From the NCBI RefSeq assembly GCF_964204645.1, contig NC_134030.1, positions 1 through 64,000 of the forward strand: a stretch of 64,000 nucleotides of DNA, read 5' to 3'. Numbering within the stretch: position 1 is the stretch's first letter; each line of letters begins with the position of its first letter. The notes under the pieces were generated by a model. It saw nothing but the letters and a program-made list of their open reading frames with translations. It had not been told where the DNA came from and searched no databases. Of the stretch, positions 22,909-35,447 are shown in pieces. The position numbers and the translations under genes were made by a program. This DNA comes from Tubulanus polymorphus. Taxonomy: Eukaryota > Animalia > Nemertea.

Positions 22909-23930
22909 TGGTCATTGTTTCATTGATCGTGATTCGAAATCGTCCTCAGTTTATTCAAACACTCTTCAGATTTGCTGCCACTCCTTCGTATCCCGTAGTT
23001 ACGATTGTTGCTGTTTTATGCGGAGCGCGGAGAATTCTCAGACATGTTTTGACGATGAATCTTCGTTCGGTTACTTCACGACTTCATCCGATTATAGATG
23101 GCGCTTTACGCCGAGGCCGGAGGTTGCTATTGGTACCGTTGCCACGGTATCGGTCGCTATGGAGAATGTCGACTGATATTGTGTTTTATTTCTCGATCGA
23201 ACAATGTTTAAATTCAAACTTTGTTTCGTACGTGTGGATATTTTCGTTGCTAGGTAACGGGATAATCGTTGATTGCGTATTGTTGTATCGGGACGAGCGT
23301 AGATTGTTTCGGGTTATACCGGTAACCGCGGTGACAGCAATACTGGTTGTATTTATATTGATTAAAGCTGGATTGTTGTATTTAACATTAACCGTTTGTT
23401 TCTACGTCGCGTCTCAGGAGATCGCCGTTAATAGTTTCATATTGAAATTAAAATCGTTTGATTGTGATTGTTTCGAAGGTTTAGAGAAATTCTACGTTCG
23501 ATTGTTACGATCGATGATTGTGTTTATGATGGGTATAGGGTGTATAGTGGTTCTGATAATACAGTCTAGTTTACCGAACCCTCTAACATCCTACGCTCCG
23601 GCCACTCTCATCGCATTCACTATCTGTTATCCCGCGTTCACCGAGGCAAAACGGGTTTCAAAAATATTACTATTTTATTTGAAACAGTTGAATTATTTTG
23701 CGAAAGCTTCGTTCGATGAGTTGTATAAATTAAACGATGTTTGCGCTGTTTGTTTATCGAGAATGAACTCAGCTCGTGTTACTGGTTGTAAACATTATTT
23801 TCATGGTAAATGTCTGGTGAGATGTATTAAGACTAATCCGACTTGTCCAATGTGTAAAACTTATCTCACTTTTTTACCACAGAGACCTAGACCTGGACAT
23901 AGTTCTAGACCTAGTCCTAGTCCGTTCTAG
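22897..23930 (+). CDS. Multi-pass membrane RING-H2 E3 ubiquitin ligase (RNF145/RNF139-TRC8-like), main exon
   Basis: Several hydrophobic segments, then ASFDELYKLNDVCAVCLSRMNSARVTGCKHYFHGKCLVRCIKTNPTCPMC (C3H2C3 RING-H2). Confidence 0.85.
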
Positions 23931-24677
23931 ACCTAGTCCTAGTCCGTTCTAGACCTAGACCTGGACATAGTTCTAGACCTAGTCCTAGTCCGTTCTAGAC
24001 CTAGTCCTAGTCCGTTCTAGACCTAGTCCTAGTCCGTTCTAGACCTAGTCCTAGTCCGTTCTAGACCTAGTCCTAGTCCGTTCTAGACCTAGTCCTAGTC
24101 CGTTCTAGACCTAGTCCTAGTCCGTTCTAGACCTAGTCCTAGTCCGTTCTAGACCTAGTCCTAGTCCGTTCTAGACCTAGTCCTAGTCCGTTCTAGACCT
24201 AGTCCTAGTCCGTTCTAGACCTCGTCCGTTCTAGACCTAGTCCTAGTCCATTCTAGACCTAGTCCTAGTCCGTTCTGGACCTAGACCTGGACATAGTTCT
24301 AGACCTAGTCCTAGTCCGTTCTAGACCTAGTCCTAGTCCGTTCTAGACCTAGTCCGTTCTAGACCTAGTCCTAGTCCATTCTAGACCTAGTCCTAGTCCG
24401 TTCTGGACCTAGTCCTAGTCCATTCAAGACCGAGTCCTGGTCCATTCTAGACCGAGTCCTAGTCCGTTCTAGACCTAGTCCTAGTCCATTCAAGACCGAG
24501 TCCTGGTCCATTCTAGACCGAGTCCTAGTCCATTCAAGACCGAGTCCTGGTCCATTCTAGACCGAGTCCTAGTCCGTTCTAGACCTAGTCCTAGTCCATT
24601 CAAGACCGAGTCCTGGTCCATTCTAGACCGAGTCCTAGTCCATTCAAGACCGAGTCCTGGTCCATTCTAGACCTAGA
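23884..24677. repeat. 22-bp tandem repeat that includes the RING gene stop codon
   Basis: (ccgttctagacctagtcctagt)n; the first TAG (23928-23930) is the stop. Confidence 0.95.
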
Positions 24678-25950
24678 CAATGGAATAGGTTACCATTGAT
24701 GAAACACTGTGAGTCCATGATGTAAAATCCCGTAATAAGATTAAAAATGAAAAACAAGTCTAAAATATTGCCTTAAACTAGTGGAGTTTATTTCAACTAC
24801 AGGCTATCCTGTTATTTTCAGGAATACAGTCCCCTCACGTTGTTAAATACATGCTTAAAGAAACTTTTCAAACTATTTATTCTTAGTTTCAGATATTCAA
24901 GGATTTATTATTGTTTTGTTTTCTATTATTTGTATATATAGCTGTAAATGTTGTTGCAACCTCAGCGTCAGTCTTTAAGTTGTTTTGGTAAATAAATTAG
25001 CAGTTTGTTATGTTTTCTTCATTTCAAATAGTTCTTTTCTTTCTTTGGAAATTTTTTGGATCTGGAAATCTACAAAGTAAAATTTATTTTTTCAAAATCC
25101 TATAACATTTCATTAGGCCTGGATCTGGTTTGAATAAACCAGTTCTAACCTATAGATTGGAGCCACAGCTAGCTGCGGCAGGTGAGTACGGCGCTATCCG
25201 CGGTAAGCGAGTACGCAGCGCCCTCTCAGTGTGTACTACGGGAATTGTTTATTAATGGCCGCCGCGTTACAGTCCGATACACATTACTTGTAGACGTAAT
25301 TAAGGACGAGCAGGTGAGTTTGAGTGGTCAGTGAGGCATCAGAACAACTCACTCTGATAACTACTGATCACTATTGATCAGTCTGCGGCCCAGACCACCA
25401 CACAGTGCGTGACGGCGCTGGTCACCACTGCGCGTCCCCGGCCCCATCAACAACTCAACTCAACTGTTAGAATTCCGCTTTGGAAAAACAAATAAACATG
25501 GCGAAGTTCACTTTTTTTAGTTATCAGAGTAAAATAACAATTAAATGACAATTTAGAACTTACTGAATGAATATCAATAGCTATCCTGTGTGTGGCAACC
25601 ACAATACTCCACCACCTGCCTCTAAAGTAAATAAAAACAATTCCCCCAGCCATCCCCCCCCCCCCCCGTGCATGCATGGTACAGACATGCACTATGCAGC
25701 AGGTTCATAGTTTTAACACAATTTATACAATAATAGTCTCAAGGCTTTTAACCCCGAGCCGCTTCAGTTTTAAGTAAAACATTTTTAATTCTTAAATAGA
25801 TTTAATTCAGTTTCTCAAATCGTATGAAGTTGTTTGATTGATTAAAGGAACCTAATCTTCAATGGAGTTTATAGTCAGAACTCAGGCGGGGGGCCTCGTG
25901 TCGTTGAGTTCACGTCTGTGCGAGGCTTATTCTCTGCTGATTGTTGACTC

Positions 25951-25965
25951 GTTGCTAAGGGTAAC
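25951..25965. promoter_or_regulatory. RFX X-box-like motif upstream of the Sp17-like first coding exon
   Basis: GTTGCTAAGGGTAAC ~210 bp upstream of the ATG; fits a ciliary/flagellar gene. Confidence 0.55.
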
Positions 25966-26172
25966 CAGTCACACATAGGCCTATAGGCATACACTGTTGA
26001 AGTTGTAAGGAGAGTCACTGGTGGAAGTCGTTGTAAGGAGAGTCACTGGTGGAAGTCATTCTTTAGAGAGTCTATCGCTCATTTAGTACTGGTTTTATTT
26101 TCAGTAAACTGAACAAATTTCAAATCAATTTTGAGTCGAAGATAGAATTGTGTTTAATCGAATAAATAAAAG

Positions 26173-26329
26173 ATGGCAGTACCGTTCTCGAATACGAAAC
26201 TGAGAGTTCCGCGAGGATTTCAGAGTTTATTGGAGGGATTCGCTCGTGAAGTTCTTCGCAAACAACCCGAAGATATTTATACATTCGGAGCAGTCTATTT
26301 CGCTAATTTACTGAAAACAAGGGACGAAG
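26173..26329 (+). CDS. SPA17: Sp17/SPA17-like protein, RIIa dimerisation/docking domain exon
   Basis: MAVPFSNTKLRVPRGFQSLLEGFAREVLRKQPEDIYTFGAVYFANLLKTRDE+G; GTAAGA donor, phase 1; matches the Sp17 N-terminus pattern (PFSNT..R.P.GF..LLEG..RE.LR.QP). Confidence 0.9.
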
Positions 26330-27308
26330 GTAAGAGAATAATTTAACACCTATCACCCCTATTAGGCCTTTTTTGATAGCCTGGTTTACGGGAACCGCCT
26401 CCCGAAATAGTGCAGAAAAGTTAAATAAAAAGTCTTTTTTAGATTTTTATTCCCATCTGTGCAACAAATTCCGTGAAAAAACAAGCAAAAGAAATTGTTC
26501 ACCTCCGCTGAATGAGAATCCTGGTTTGAATGATGAAAAAAGTGATAAACACGAGGTTCTTTTTTAATCACAGTGTGCAGAATTCAAACTTTCCAGGAAT
26601 CATTTGTTTGGACATTATGTATATTGACAGTTCCCTCTTCCTTCTAAAAGTGATTTTATCTCAGTGAGGGAATTCTTTTTTAAATTTTCTCTGAAATGAT
26701 ATGGTGCCGTTTTTTTTTTTTGGCTTGTCTTGAGTAAGCAATTACATTCCTTCAAGAAAACAAATTTTAAAAATTTTTTGGTAGCTGATCAGCGGGGTCA
26801 CGACCCCTGAACCCCCCCCCTGGATCTCGCGCTGTGATATCTGAAATTATATTTTTATAGGATCATATAAAGTCTAGCTATTATATAAAAGGATTATTGT
26901 CCAACATTCATCGTGAATGTTAGTTTTGTGTGTTTATCAATTTTGATTTAGTTTCTGGTTAGCCTATTCAGGACAGCGAGAGCTGCTATTAATAATTGTT
27001 TTCAGTTTATTGTTATCAGTTGAATTGGTTTTGAAATGTGTTGATAGATGGCGATACTGTCAGTCAGCAGTGTTTATCTGATTGCGAAGCTACAGGTCAC
27101 ATTTGTAAATACTGTTATATTCACCTCATATAAGTGCAGTTAGATAAGAGAATTTTATGATGATCACCACACAAACTGTGGTCTCAGGGGGCAGAGGGGA
27201 GAGGGGGAGAAGGGGGTTATCAATTCTACTGACATTTACTAGTAAACTATCTTATCATATGTAGTCAGTGTGTACAGTACGTTAGCTATTGAACCAATAT
27301 ATTACTTT

Positions 27309-27344
27309 TCCCTCTCTCTCCCTCTCTCTCTCTCTCTCTCCCTC

Positions 27345-27420
<76 letters not shown>

Positions 27421-27570
27421 TCTCCCTCTCTCCCTCTCTCTCTCCCTCCCTCCCTCCCTCCCTCCCTCCCTCCCTCTCTCCCTCTCCCTCCCCTCCCTCC
27501 CTCCCTCCCTCCCTCCCTCCCTCCCTCCCTCCCTCTCTCTCTCTCTCTCTCTCACTCACTCATCTCCCTA
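27309..27570. repeat. (CT)n/(CCCT)n microsatellite
   Basis: Pure pyrimidine tract; a similar tract lies at ~28050-28270. Confidence 0.95.
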
Positions 27571-28374
27571 CTGATATAATTAGTCACTATGAAGCATCCC
27601 ATATATACACTGGAGATTCTTGACTCTTGAGTCAGTTTGAGTCAGTCAGACTCAATCATGCGTTATCTAAAATCAGTTAATATATAATTCACTGTAGCCT
27701 ATGATCAATCCACTTTATCTAATTTACAATACTTTAATTATTGGGGCTGAAACTACTTAAACAGGGTCCAGTATCTCATACAATACCAGGACCTTTGTAT
27801 ATGACTTGTTCAAATGGTATTTATTTTATGCCTCGCCTTCACTGATATTTGACCCACTCTGTATTGACTTGTACCGTGTTTTTTGCCCCACTCTGTATTG
27901 ACACATCAAATACTTGGATCCTGTAAATCTGTATAAACAATGTGACCTCGACCCGTTTAAACACGGTGACCTCTCGACCTCATTATCTACCACTATCATT
28001 ATTCTGACTGTAATCAGTGTCAATAGCTTCACACAAAATACTGCAGTTCAATCCTCCCTCCCTTCTCTCCCTCCCTCCCTTCTCCCCCTCTCTCTCCCTC
28101 CCTCCCTCTCTCCCTCCCTTCTCCCCCTCCCTTCTCCCTCCCTCTCTCCCTCCCTTCTCCCCCTCCCTTTCCCCTCTCTCTCCCTCCCTCCCTCCCTCTC
28201 CCTCCCCCTCTCTCTCCCTCCCTTCTCTCCTCCCTCCCTCCCTTCTCCCCCCTCTCTCTCCCTCTCTCTGATCTCTTTGAAGTTGTTTGCTGGGTGGACA
28301 TTAATCTGTTGTAGTTGTCAGTATCACAACTAATTACAGCCTAACATCAATCATTTGTAGACTTCCATATCATG

Positions 28375-28780
28375 TGACCTCCTGACTACCTCCTCTCATC
28401 CTGTAACCTCCTGACTACCTCCTCTCATCCCCTAACCCTCCTGACTACCTCCTCTCATCCCGTAACCTCCTGACTACCTCCTCTAATCCCCTAACCTCCT
28501 GACTTCCTCCTCTCATCCCCTTACCTCCTGACTACCTCCTCTCATCCCCTTACCTCCTGACTACCTCCTCTCATTCCCCTAACCTCTTGATTACCTCTCT
28601 CATCCCATAACCTCCTGACTACCTCCTTCTCATCCCTTACCTCCTGACTACCTCTCTCATCCCCTTACCTCCTGACTACCTCCTCTCATCCCCTTACCTC
28701 CTGACTACCTCCTCTCATCCCCTTACCTCCTGACTACCTCCTCTCATCCCTAACCTCTTGATAACCTCTCTCATCCCCAA
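28375..28780. repeat. ~29-bp degenerate tandem repeat
   Basis: cctcctgactacctcctctcatcccctta-type units. Confidence 0.85.
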
Positions 28781-29176
28781 ATCTCAGTTTGGTTCTGTGT
28801 CTCATCCTGTGTTAATTTTAATTCAATTTCTCGTTAATTTGGTTTTGAAAAGTGTTAAAGCTTTTAAAGGATTAAATCTGAGGGATTTATTGATGTGAAA
28901 TGCTCAGTAATTCCGTTACTAATCCCTAATAAACTAATCCTTCCTAGTCTTTCCTAATCCTTCTTAATCCGCTTGGCCTCGACTTCCTACTGATACAAGT
29001 TACACACTGCAGTACTGTCTTCATTATTGTCATTCATGTCCTCAAATCCATCACCTCCCTCCCTCTCCCTCCCTCCCTCCCTCCCCCACTCCCCTCCAGT
29101 TCTATGTTTAGTACATACACTCTGTGCACTGTGCTGTGGTATTTATATTATTTATTATGTAATAAAGGGAACTGTA

Positions 29177-29182
<6 letters not shown>

Positions 29183-29271
<89 letters not shown>
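29183..29271. repeat. (TA)n microsatellite
   Basis: ~44 TA units. Confidence 0.98.
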
Positions 29272-29272
<1 letters not shown>

Positions 29273-30329
29273 TGTCTTAACTGCGGTGGTATATAAGATA
29301 CTGTTAGTACAAGTGAACTGACCGCTCCTCTCTCCTCCTCCTCCTCCCTCCTCCCTCCCCTCTCAATCAGAACTGTATAAATATTGATAAAACTGACACT
29401 GACACACATCTATATTACTATCAAATAGTGTTATCTTTAATGGTTTTATACTGACTGGGTTGGTTTTATAATGGTTTTATACTGACTGGGTTCTAAGGAA
29501 CCTGTTACAGAATTGTTGAAAATTTCTGTTAGATATTTTTGAAAAAGTTTGTTGATGACTTTTTTTTCGCTATATCGCTTTCGAGGCGCTGAGGTTTAAA
29601 GAATTAATTCAACCATTGAATAAAGTTTGTAAAGAATGAGGCTTAGACCGGAGTAGTTTACGCACAATACCAGACCAGCTCAGCTCCTATAGACTGAACA
29701 CAGACTGTTACCAGACCTGTTCATGGTACTCAGGGACACACACGGGACAAACCAGGCTCTCCTATAGAGAGTACAACCAGGATACTATTAACACTGAGAG
29801 ACCAGACCAGTCAGTGTATGAAACCCTGTATCAGTCAGCAGTGTTTGAAAAGTGTCAGGCCTGTTAATCAGTGAAACCAAACTATCTGCTATCTGCTATC
29901 TGTCTAACAGCTATTAGCTGTCGATTAGCTGTCTAGTTGCTGTCGATTAGCTGTCTAGTTGCTGTGCGGGTTCGTTGTGCGGGTTCGTTGTGCTGTCTAT
30001 TTGGATATTACACCACAGATTGATTGCAGTCATCATCATCATTAATATTCAAAGGTATTTTATATTTTTTATTCATTTATTCCAAGTTTTAATAATTCCA
30101 GTATTCAAAATGCCTGTGTGCGTGCGTGTATATATTATTATACGCTGTATTGTATGTGTATTATAGAATAACTGAGAGGTGCAAGAGAGGGAGGAGGCAT
30201 CTTATTATATTATACATCACTGTCCTAAATATGGAACAATACCCGTAGATATAGGATCGGAAAGAGTTGATATAAAGTTCATCACTATGTGTTAGTAGAG
30301 TCTACGAGATCTCCGAGAGAGATCTCCAT

Positions 30330-30383
<54 letters not shown>

Positions 30384-30824
30384 CAGCAGCTAGAATACAA
30401 TATACATGACATTCTGATTTATAATTTGTACAGAAATGTACACTGCTCACTTGCCAGGGTTTCATTCTACTAATTAGCCCCTGTAGACTGAGTGTATATC
30501 GCTGCAATAATTAGTAATGATGATAATAGCTGATTGCGGCGTCAGACACAGACAATAAATAGTTCAACAAATATCTCTCCAACGCGATGATAAAATTGAG
30601 TCAACACAAAAAAAAATCAATGTCTAGAATTTCAGATATAAATCAGTGATAAACATTATCAGTGTTTGTGAGAGAGAGAGAGAGATTAGTCATTATATAG
30701 TGACGTCCTATAGTAAAGTACACCTACTGACTACACGTGAACTACACAGGCCTCTTAGTACTGACTCAGTATATCAGTACAGCTGTCTGGAAATCATCCT
30801 TCAATACCAGCAACACTACTACTA

Positions 30825-30860
<36 letters not shown>

Positions 30861-31172
30861 ACCATCACATCTCTTCGCTGCCTCTCTCAGCTAAAACAGG
30901 GCGTGTTCATCACACTCTATACTCAAACACCACCACGCTGCCTCCCGATAGGATTATCAGATTATCTCGAAATAATTTGGATTATCCTCAGTTACTGGAA
31001 GGATTATCACAAGGATTTAATATTGAATATCTATTTTAATATTTACTGGTAAGATATAAAATAAGGTTTTCACTGTTCTATGTAGTGTATCACAGGCATT
31101 TTGAATATTTTACTTAAGGCCAGAGATGATTTGAATACCGGTATATATTGACTGTGTGATATTGTAGTAACA

Positions 31173-31528
31173 CTCAGTTCGTAGACTTAGTTCCTGGTCT
31201 CAGTTTCCGGACTCAGTTCCCGGACTCAGTTCCTGGTCTCAGTTTCCGGTCTCAGTTTCCGGGCTCAGTTCCTGGACTCAGTTCCTGGACTCAGTTCCTG
31301 GACTCAGTTCCTGGACTCAGTTCCTGGACTCAGTTCCTGGACTCAGTTCCTGGACTCGTTCCTGGACTCAGTTTCCGGACTCAGTTTCCGGGCTCAGTTT
31401 CCGGACTCAGTTTCCACTCAGTTCCCGGACTCAGTGCCCGGACTCAGTTCCCAGACTCAGTTTCCGGGCTCAGTTCCTGGACTCAGTTCCTGGACTCAGT
31501 TCCTGGACTCAGTTCCTGGACTCAGTTC
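31173..31528. repeat. 13-bp minisatellite
   Basis: (ggactcagttcct)n. Confidence 0.9.
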
Positions 31529-31637
31529 AATTGACTTGTTTAGTAATGAATGTTTTTGATGATAGAAATCATTTTCACAATGAAAAAATATCAGAAATAC
31601 AATGCGTATGTAGAGGATATTTTATATCAACTAGGAG

Positions 31638-31780
31638 CGCCATCTAGTGACTGGTACGCCATCTAGTGACTGGTACGCCATCTAGTGACTGGTACGCCAT
31701 CTAGTGACTGGTACGCCATCTAACGACTGGTACGCCATCTAGTGACTGGTATGCCATCTAGTGACTGGTACGCCATCTAG
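31638..31780 (-). promoter_or_regulatory. 19-bp tandem repeat, each unit carrying a CTCF-like core
   Basis: (cgccatctagtgactggta) x~7.5; reverse complement contains CACTAGATGGCG. Confidence 0.55.
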
Positions 31781-31926
31781 GCTCTGGTGCAACACTTAGT
31801 TACGAGTGCACCATCTGTGGCAACTGATGATCTACTGTTGCGCGAGTGCGCCATCTAGTGATGAATACGCCATCTATAGAGTGATGAATAAGTGAATTGT
31901 TATTTTCGTATATTTCAGGTTGAACA

Positions 31927-33897
31927 ATGGGTTGTCGTCAGAGCCACGAGAAAGAGGATTTACCGGATCATTTAAATCCACCTCTCGATCCACCACCGCA
32001 TAATGATCAAAACTCGGTGAATAAAATCAAACAAGTCGATAATATCGAAACAGCCAGTATCGGTATGGACGCTGATTTACCTTATATGGATGATAACGAA
32101 GGAACTCCGGACCCGGAGAAAAAACTGACAGAAGATGAAACAAAAACAGATGAATTCGTTCCTCCGAGTGAACCGATAGTGATTAAAGAGGAAAAAACTG
32201 AGAGTGAAACAACACAGGTGATAACAGAGACTGACGACAACGTCGAGAGAGAACGAGTTATAGTTCAAAAACAAACCAGAACTATTAGAGAAGAGGTACA
32301 TATCGTAAAGGAAGGTGATGAGGAAAATGAGGAGAACGACGATGAACCGGTTCAAATAGAACAAGTTCGATTAGTTCATAAAACAACTACAACAGTCGTA
32401 GAACCGATTCCTGCGGAGGAGCTTTTAGCTAAACAACAACAGGCTGCAGCGGAGCATGAGGTCGCTACTGATACTGAAATTATAACTCAACAACAGGTCG
32501 AAGAGGTAGAGACTGTCCCGGAACCGGTCCAAGAGGTTGAGTCCGTTCCTGAACCAGTCCAAGAGGTTGAGTCCGTTCCTGAACCAGTCCAAGAAGTTGA
32601 GATTGAACCGGAACCAGTCCAAGATGAAATAAAAGCAGAACCGGTTATCGCGGTAGAATGTAGCCCTGAACCAGTACCTGAACCAGCAGCTATAATTACT
32701 ACTCCTGTTGAAGAAGTTGAAGTTCAAGGTTTACCTGATCCAGAACCATTATCAGAACCATGTATGGATGGTTCTACAGAACACATAGAAATCAAACACG
32801 AATTAGAACAATTCAAACTGGAAGAATCAGCCCCAGTTGAAGAGGCTGCCCCAGTTGTGGAATCTACCCCAGTTGAGGAAGAACCAGTCCCAGTTGAAGA
32901 GGCTGCCCCAGTTGTGGAATCTACCCCAGTTGAGGAAGAACCAGTCCCAGTTGAAGAGGCTGCCCAAATTGTGGAATCTATCCCAGTTGAGGAGGAACCA
33001 GCCCCAGTTGAAGAGGCTACCCCAGCCCCAATTGTGGAATCTATCCCAGTTGAGGAGGAACCAGCCCCAGTTGAAGAGGCTGCTCCAGTTGAGGAACCAG
33101 CCCCAGTTGAAGAGGAGCCAACCCCAGATGAGGAGGAACCAGCCCCAGTTGAGGTGGAACCAGCCACAGTTGAAGAGCCAGCACCAGTTGTGGAATCTGC
33201 CACAGTTGAGGAGGAACCAACCCGAATTGAGGAGGCAGCCCCAGTTGAGGAATCTGCTTTAGTTGAGGAGGAACCAGCCACAGTTGAGGAGGAACCAGCC
33301 CCAGTTGTGGAGGCAGCCCCAGTTGAGGAATCTGCTTTAGTTGATCAGGAACCAGCCACAGTTGAAGAACCAGCCCCAGTTGAGGAGGAACCAGCCCCAG
33401 TTGCGGAGGAACCAGCCACAGTTGAAGAACCAGCCCCAGTTGAGGAGGAACCAGCCCCAGTTGAGGAGGAACCAGCCCCAGTTGCGGAGGAACCAGCCCC
33501 AGTTGAAGAACCAGCCCCAGTTGAAGAACCAGCCCCAGTTGAGGAGGAACCAGCCCCAGTTGAGGAATCTGCCCTGGTTGAAGAACCAACTCCAGTTGAA
33601 GAGGCAGCCCCAGTTGAAGAGACACCAACTCCAGCTGAGGAACCAGCCCCAGTCGATGAACCAGCCCCACCAGCCCCAGTCGAAGAACCATGTGATATAG
33701 TTGCAGATGAACCAATAATAGAAGATGAATTAGAACCGGCAGTTGATGAGAAGAATGAACCATTAGAACCACACGACGATATCATCGATAAAAACCAGGT
33801 GAATGGTCACCACGACGATATTCCCGTTACCAAGCAACCACCTGCACATGACGACCAACAATCAGAGCCCTCTATTGATCAACAAGCAGTCGAATAA
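31927..33897 (+). CDS. 656-aa acidic, Glu/Pro/Ala/Val-rich disordered protein with an MGC N-terminal acylation motif; nested in Sp17-like intron 1
   Basis: Acceptor tatttcag at 31918, ATG 8 nt later; MGCRQS start; unique N- and C-terminal sequence around degenerate in-frame EEPAPV repeats; candidate upstream non-coding exon donor at 31048 (G|GTAAGA). Confidence 0.82.
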   Translation: MGCRQSHEKEDLPDHLNPPLDPPPHNDQNSVNKIKQVDNIETASIGMDADLPYMDDNEGTPDPEKKLTEDETKTDEFVPPSEPIVIKEEKTESETTQVITETDDNVERERVIVQKQTRTIREEVHIVKEGDEENEENDDEPVQIEQVRLVHKTTTTVVEPIPAEELLAKQQQAAAEHEVATDTEIITQQQVEEVETVPEPVQEVESVPEPVQEVESVPEPVQEVEIEPEPVQDEIKAEPVIAVECSPEPVPEPAAIITTPVEEVEVQGLPDPEPLSEPCMDGSTEHIEIKHELEQFKLEESAPVEEAAPVVESTPVEEEPVPVEEAAPVVESTPVEEEPVPVEEAAQIVESIPVEEEPAPVEEATPAPIVESIPVEEEPAPVEEAAPVEEPAPVEEEPTPDEEEPAPVEVEPATVEEPAPVVESATVEEEPTRIEEAAPVEESALVEEEPATVEEEPAPVVEAAPVEESALVDQEPATVEEPAPVEEEPAPVAEEPATVEEPAPVEEEPAPVEEEPAPVAEEPAPVEEPAPVEEPAPVEEEPAPVEESALVEEPTPVEEAAPVEETPTPAEEPAPVDEPAPPAPVEEPCDIVADEPIIEDELEPAVDEKNEPLEPHDDIIDKNQVNGHHDDIPVTKQPPAHDDQQSEPSIDQQAVE

Positions 33898-34324
33898 AAA
33901 CAAAAAACAGCTTCCAATCAAACTATAAATTCAGTTTATTATTTGTTCGTACTCGAGTTATATGCAAATTAACCAGACATAATTTGCATATTTGTGCGTG
34001 ATTTATTTCGCAGTAACCATGGAAACTGAGATATATATATATTTAGACAGACTATCCGATATCTCTATGCAACAGCGAGAATGAGGCTAATGTCGGACAA
34101 ACACGTGATTCAAACTGCTGCTGCCATCTACTGGTGATTCAGTGAACTAATCGAATAACGATCGGACCACCGTATAAATGAATGGTGCTGCCACCTATAG
34201 TGCTAACTGAACGGTGCTGCCACCTAGCGGGCTAAACGAGCGGATCCATGCAGCGATTAATCAGTGATTTATGTACATATGGTGCTGCCATCTATATCGG
34301 GATTATTTAACTAACAGTATAATG

Positions 34325-34358
<34 letters not shown>

Positions 34359-34577
34359 ACACCTGGTGGTTACCATGAGAACTACAGTGTAATTAATCTT
34401 ATTGATATCAGAAATCATTCATATTTTGTAAATAGAAATTTGTAAACTACCTGCGGCGAGTGAGTAGTCACATGCCACAGGTTGTCATGGTTATAATTAA
34501 TGGTCCTTGTTGGGATAGATATCTAATTATTTCAAATGAGCAAGAACTAGAATTATTGTTACTAGTTCTGCATCACC

Positions 34578-35050
34578 ATGATACCCACTGTGGTGCGCAC
34601 CTGCATGATACCCACTGTGGTGCACACCTGCATGATACCCACTGTGGTGCACACCTGCATGATACCCACTGTGGTGCGCACCTGCATGATACCCACTGTG
34701 GTGCGCACCTGCATGATACCCACTGTGGTGCACACCTGCATGATACCCACTGTGGTGCGCACCTGCACGATACCCACTGTGGTGCGCACCTGCCTTGTGT
34801 GGTGCATACCTACGCCGTGTGGTATGTATCTGTGTGGTGTGGTGTGTATCTGCATGGTGTGGCGCGTACCTGCACCAGGTGGTGTGTACCTGCATGGTGT
34901 GGTATGTATCTGCGCCGTGTGGTGCGTACCTACGCTGTGTGGTGCGTACCTGTCGGAATGGAATGTATCTGCGCATTGTGGCGCGTACCTGCACCAGGTG
35001 GTGTGTACCTGCATGGTGTGGTATGTATCTGCGTGGTGTGGTGCGTAGGT
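34578..35050. repeat. 27-bp tandem repeat grading into degenerate related units
   Basis: (catgatacccactgtggtgcgcacctg)n. Confidence 0.9.
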
Positions 35051-35225
35051 TTTGATTGACAGTCAGTTTTATAACAGGTTGTTTTTTTTTTCAAGGTTAT
35101 TTTTTGCTGGAATATTTTTGGATGAATTCTAATGTTGTTCATATGTTAAACACATGTGAAGCTGATATCAAACTAAACTTCCTCATTCTTTATATAAACA
35201 TTACTGTTTTTAATTTTTATATGAA

Positions 35226-35447
35226 ACAGCCTCTATTGCCAGGGCTGCCTCAGACAGCCTCTATTGCCAGGGCTGCCTCAGACAGCCTCTATTGCCAGGG
35301 CTGCCTCAGACAGCCTCTATTGCCAGGGCTGCCTCAGACAGCCTCTATTGCCAGGGCTGCCTCAGACAGCCTCTATTGCCAGGGCTGCCTCAGACAGCCT
35401 CTATTGCCAGGGCTGCCTCAGACAGCCTCTATTGCCAGGGCTGCCTC
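35226..35447. repeat. 28-bp minisatellite
   Basis: (cagcctctattgccagggctgcctcaga) x8. Confidence 0.95.

Noticed and set aside
21872-23176. 434-aa ORF, and the repeat-encoded N-terminal part of the 560-aa ORF, as real membrane proteins
   Set aside because: Hydrophobic repeats come from the amplified splice-acceptor array; only 22897-23930 has protein-like complexity
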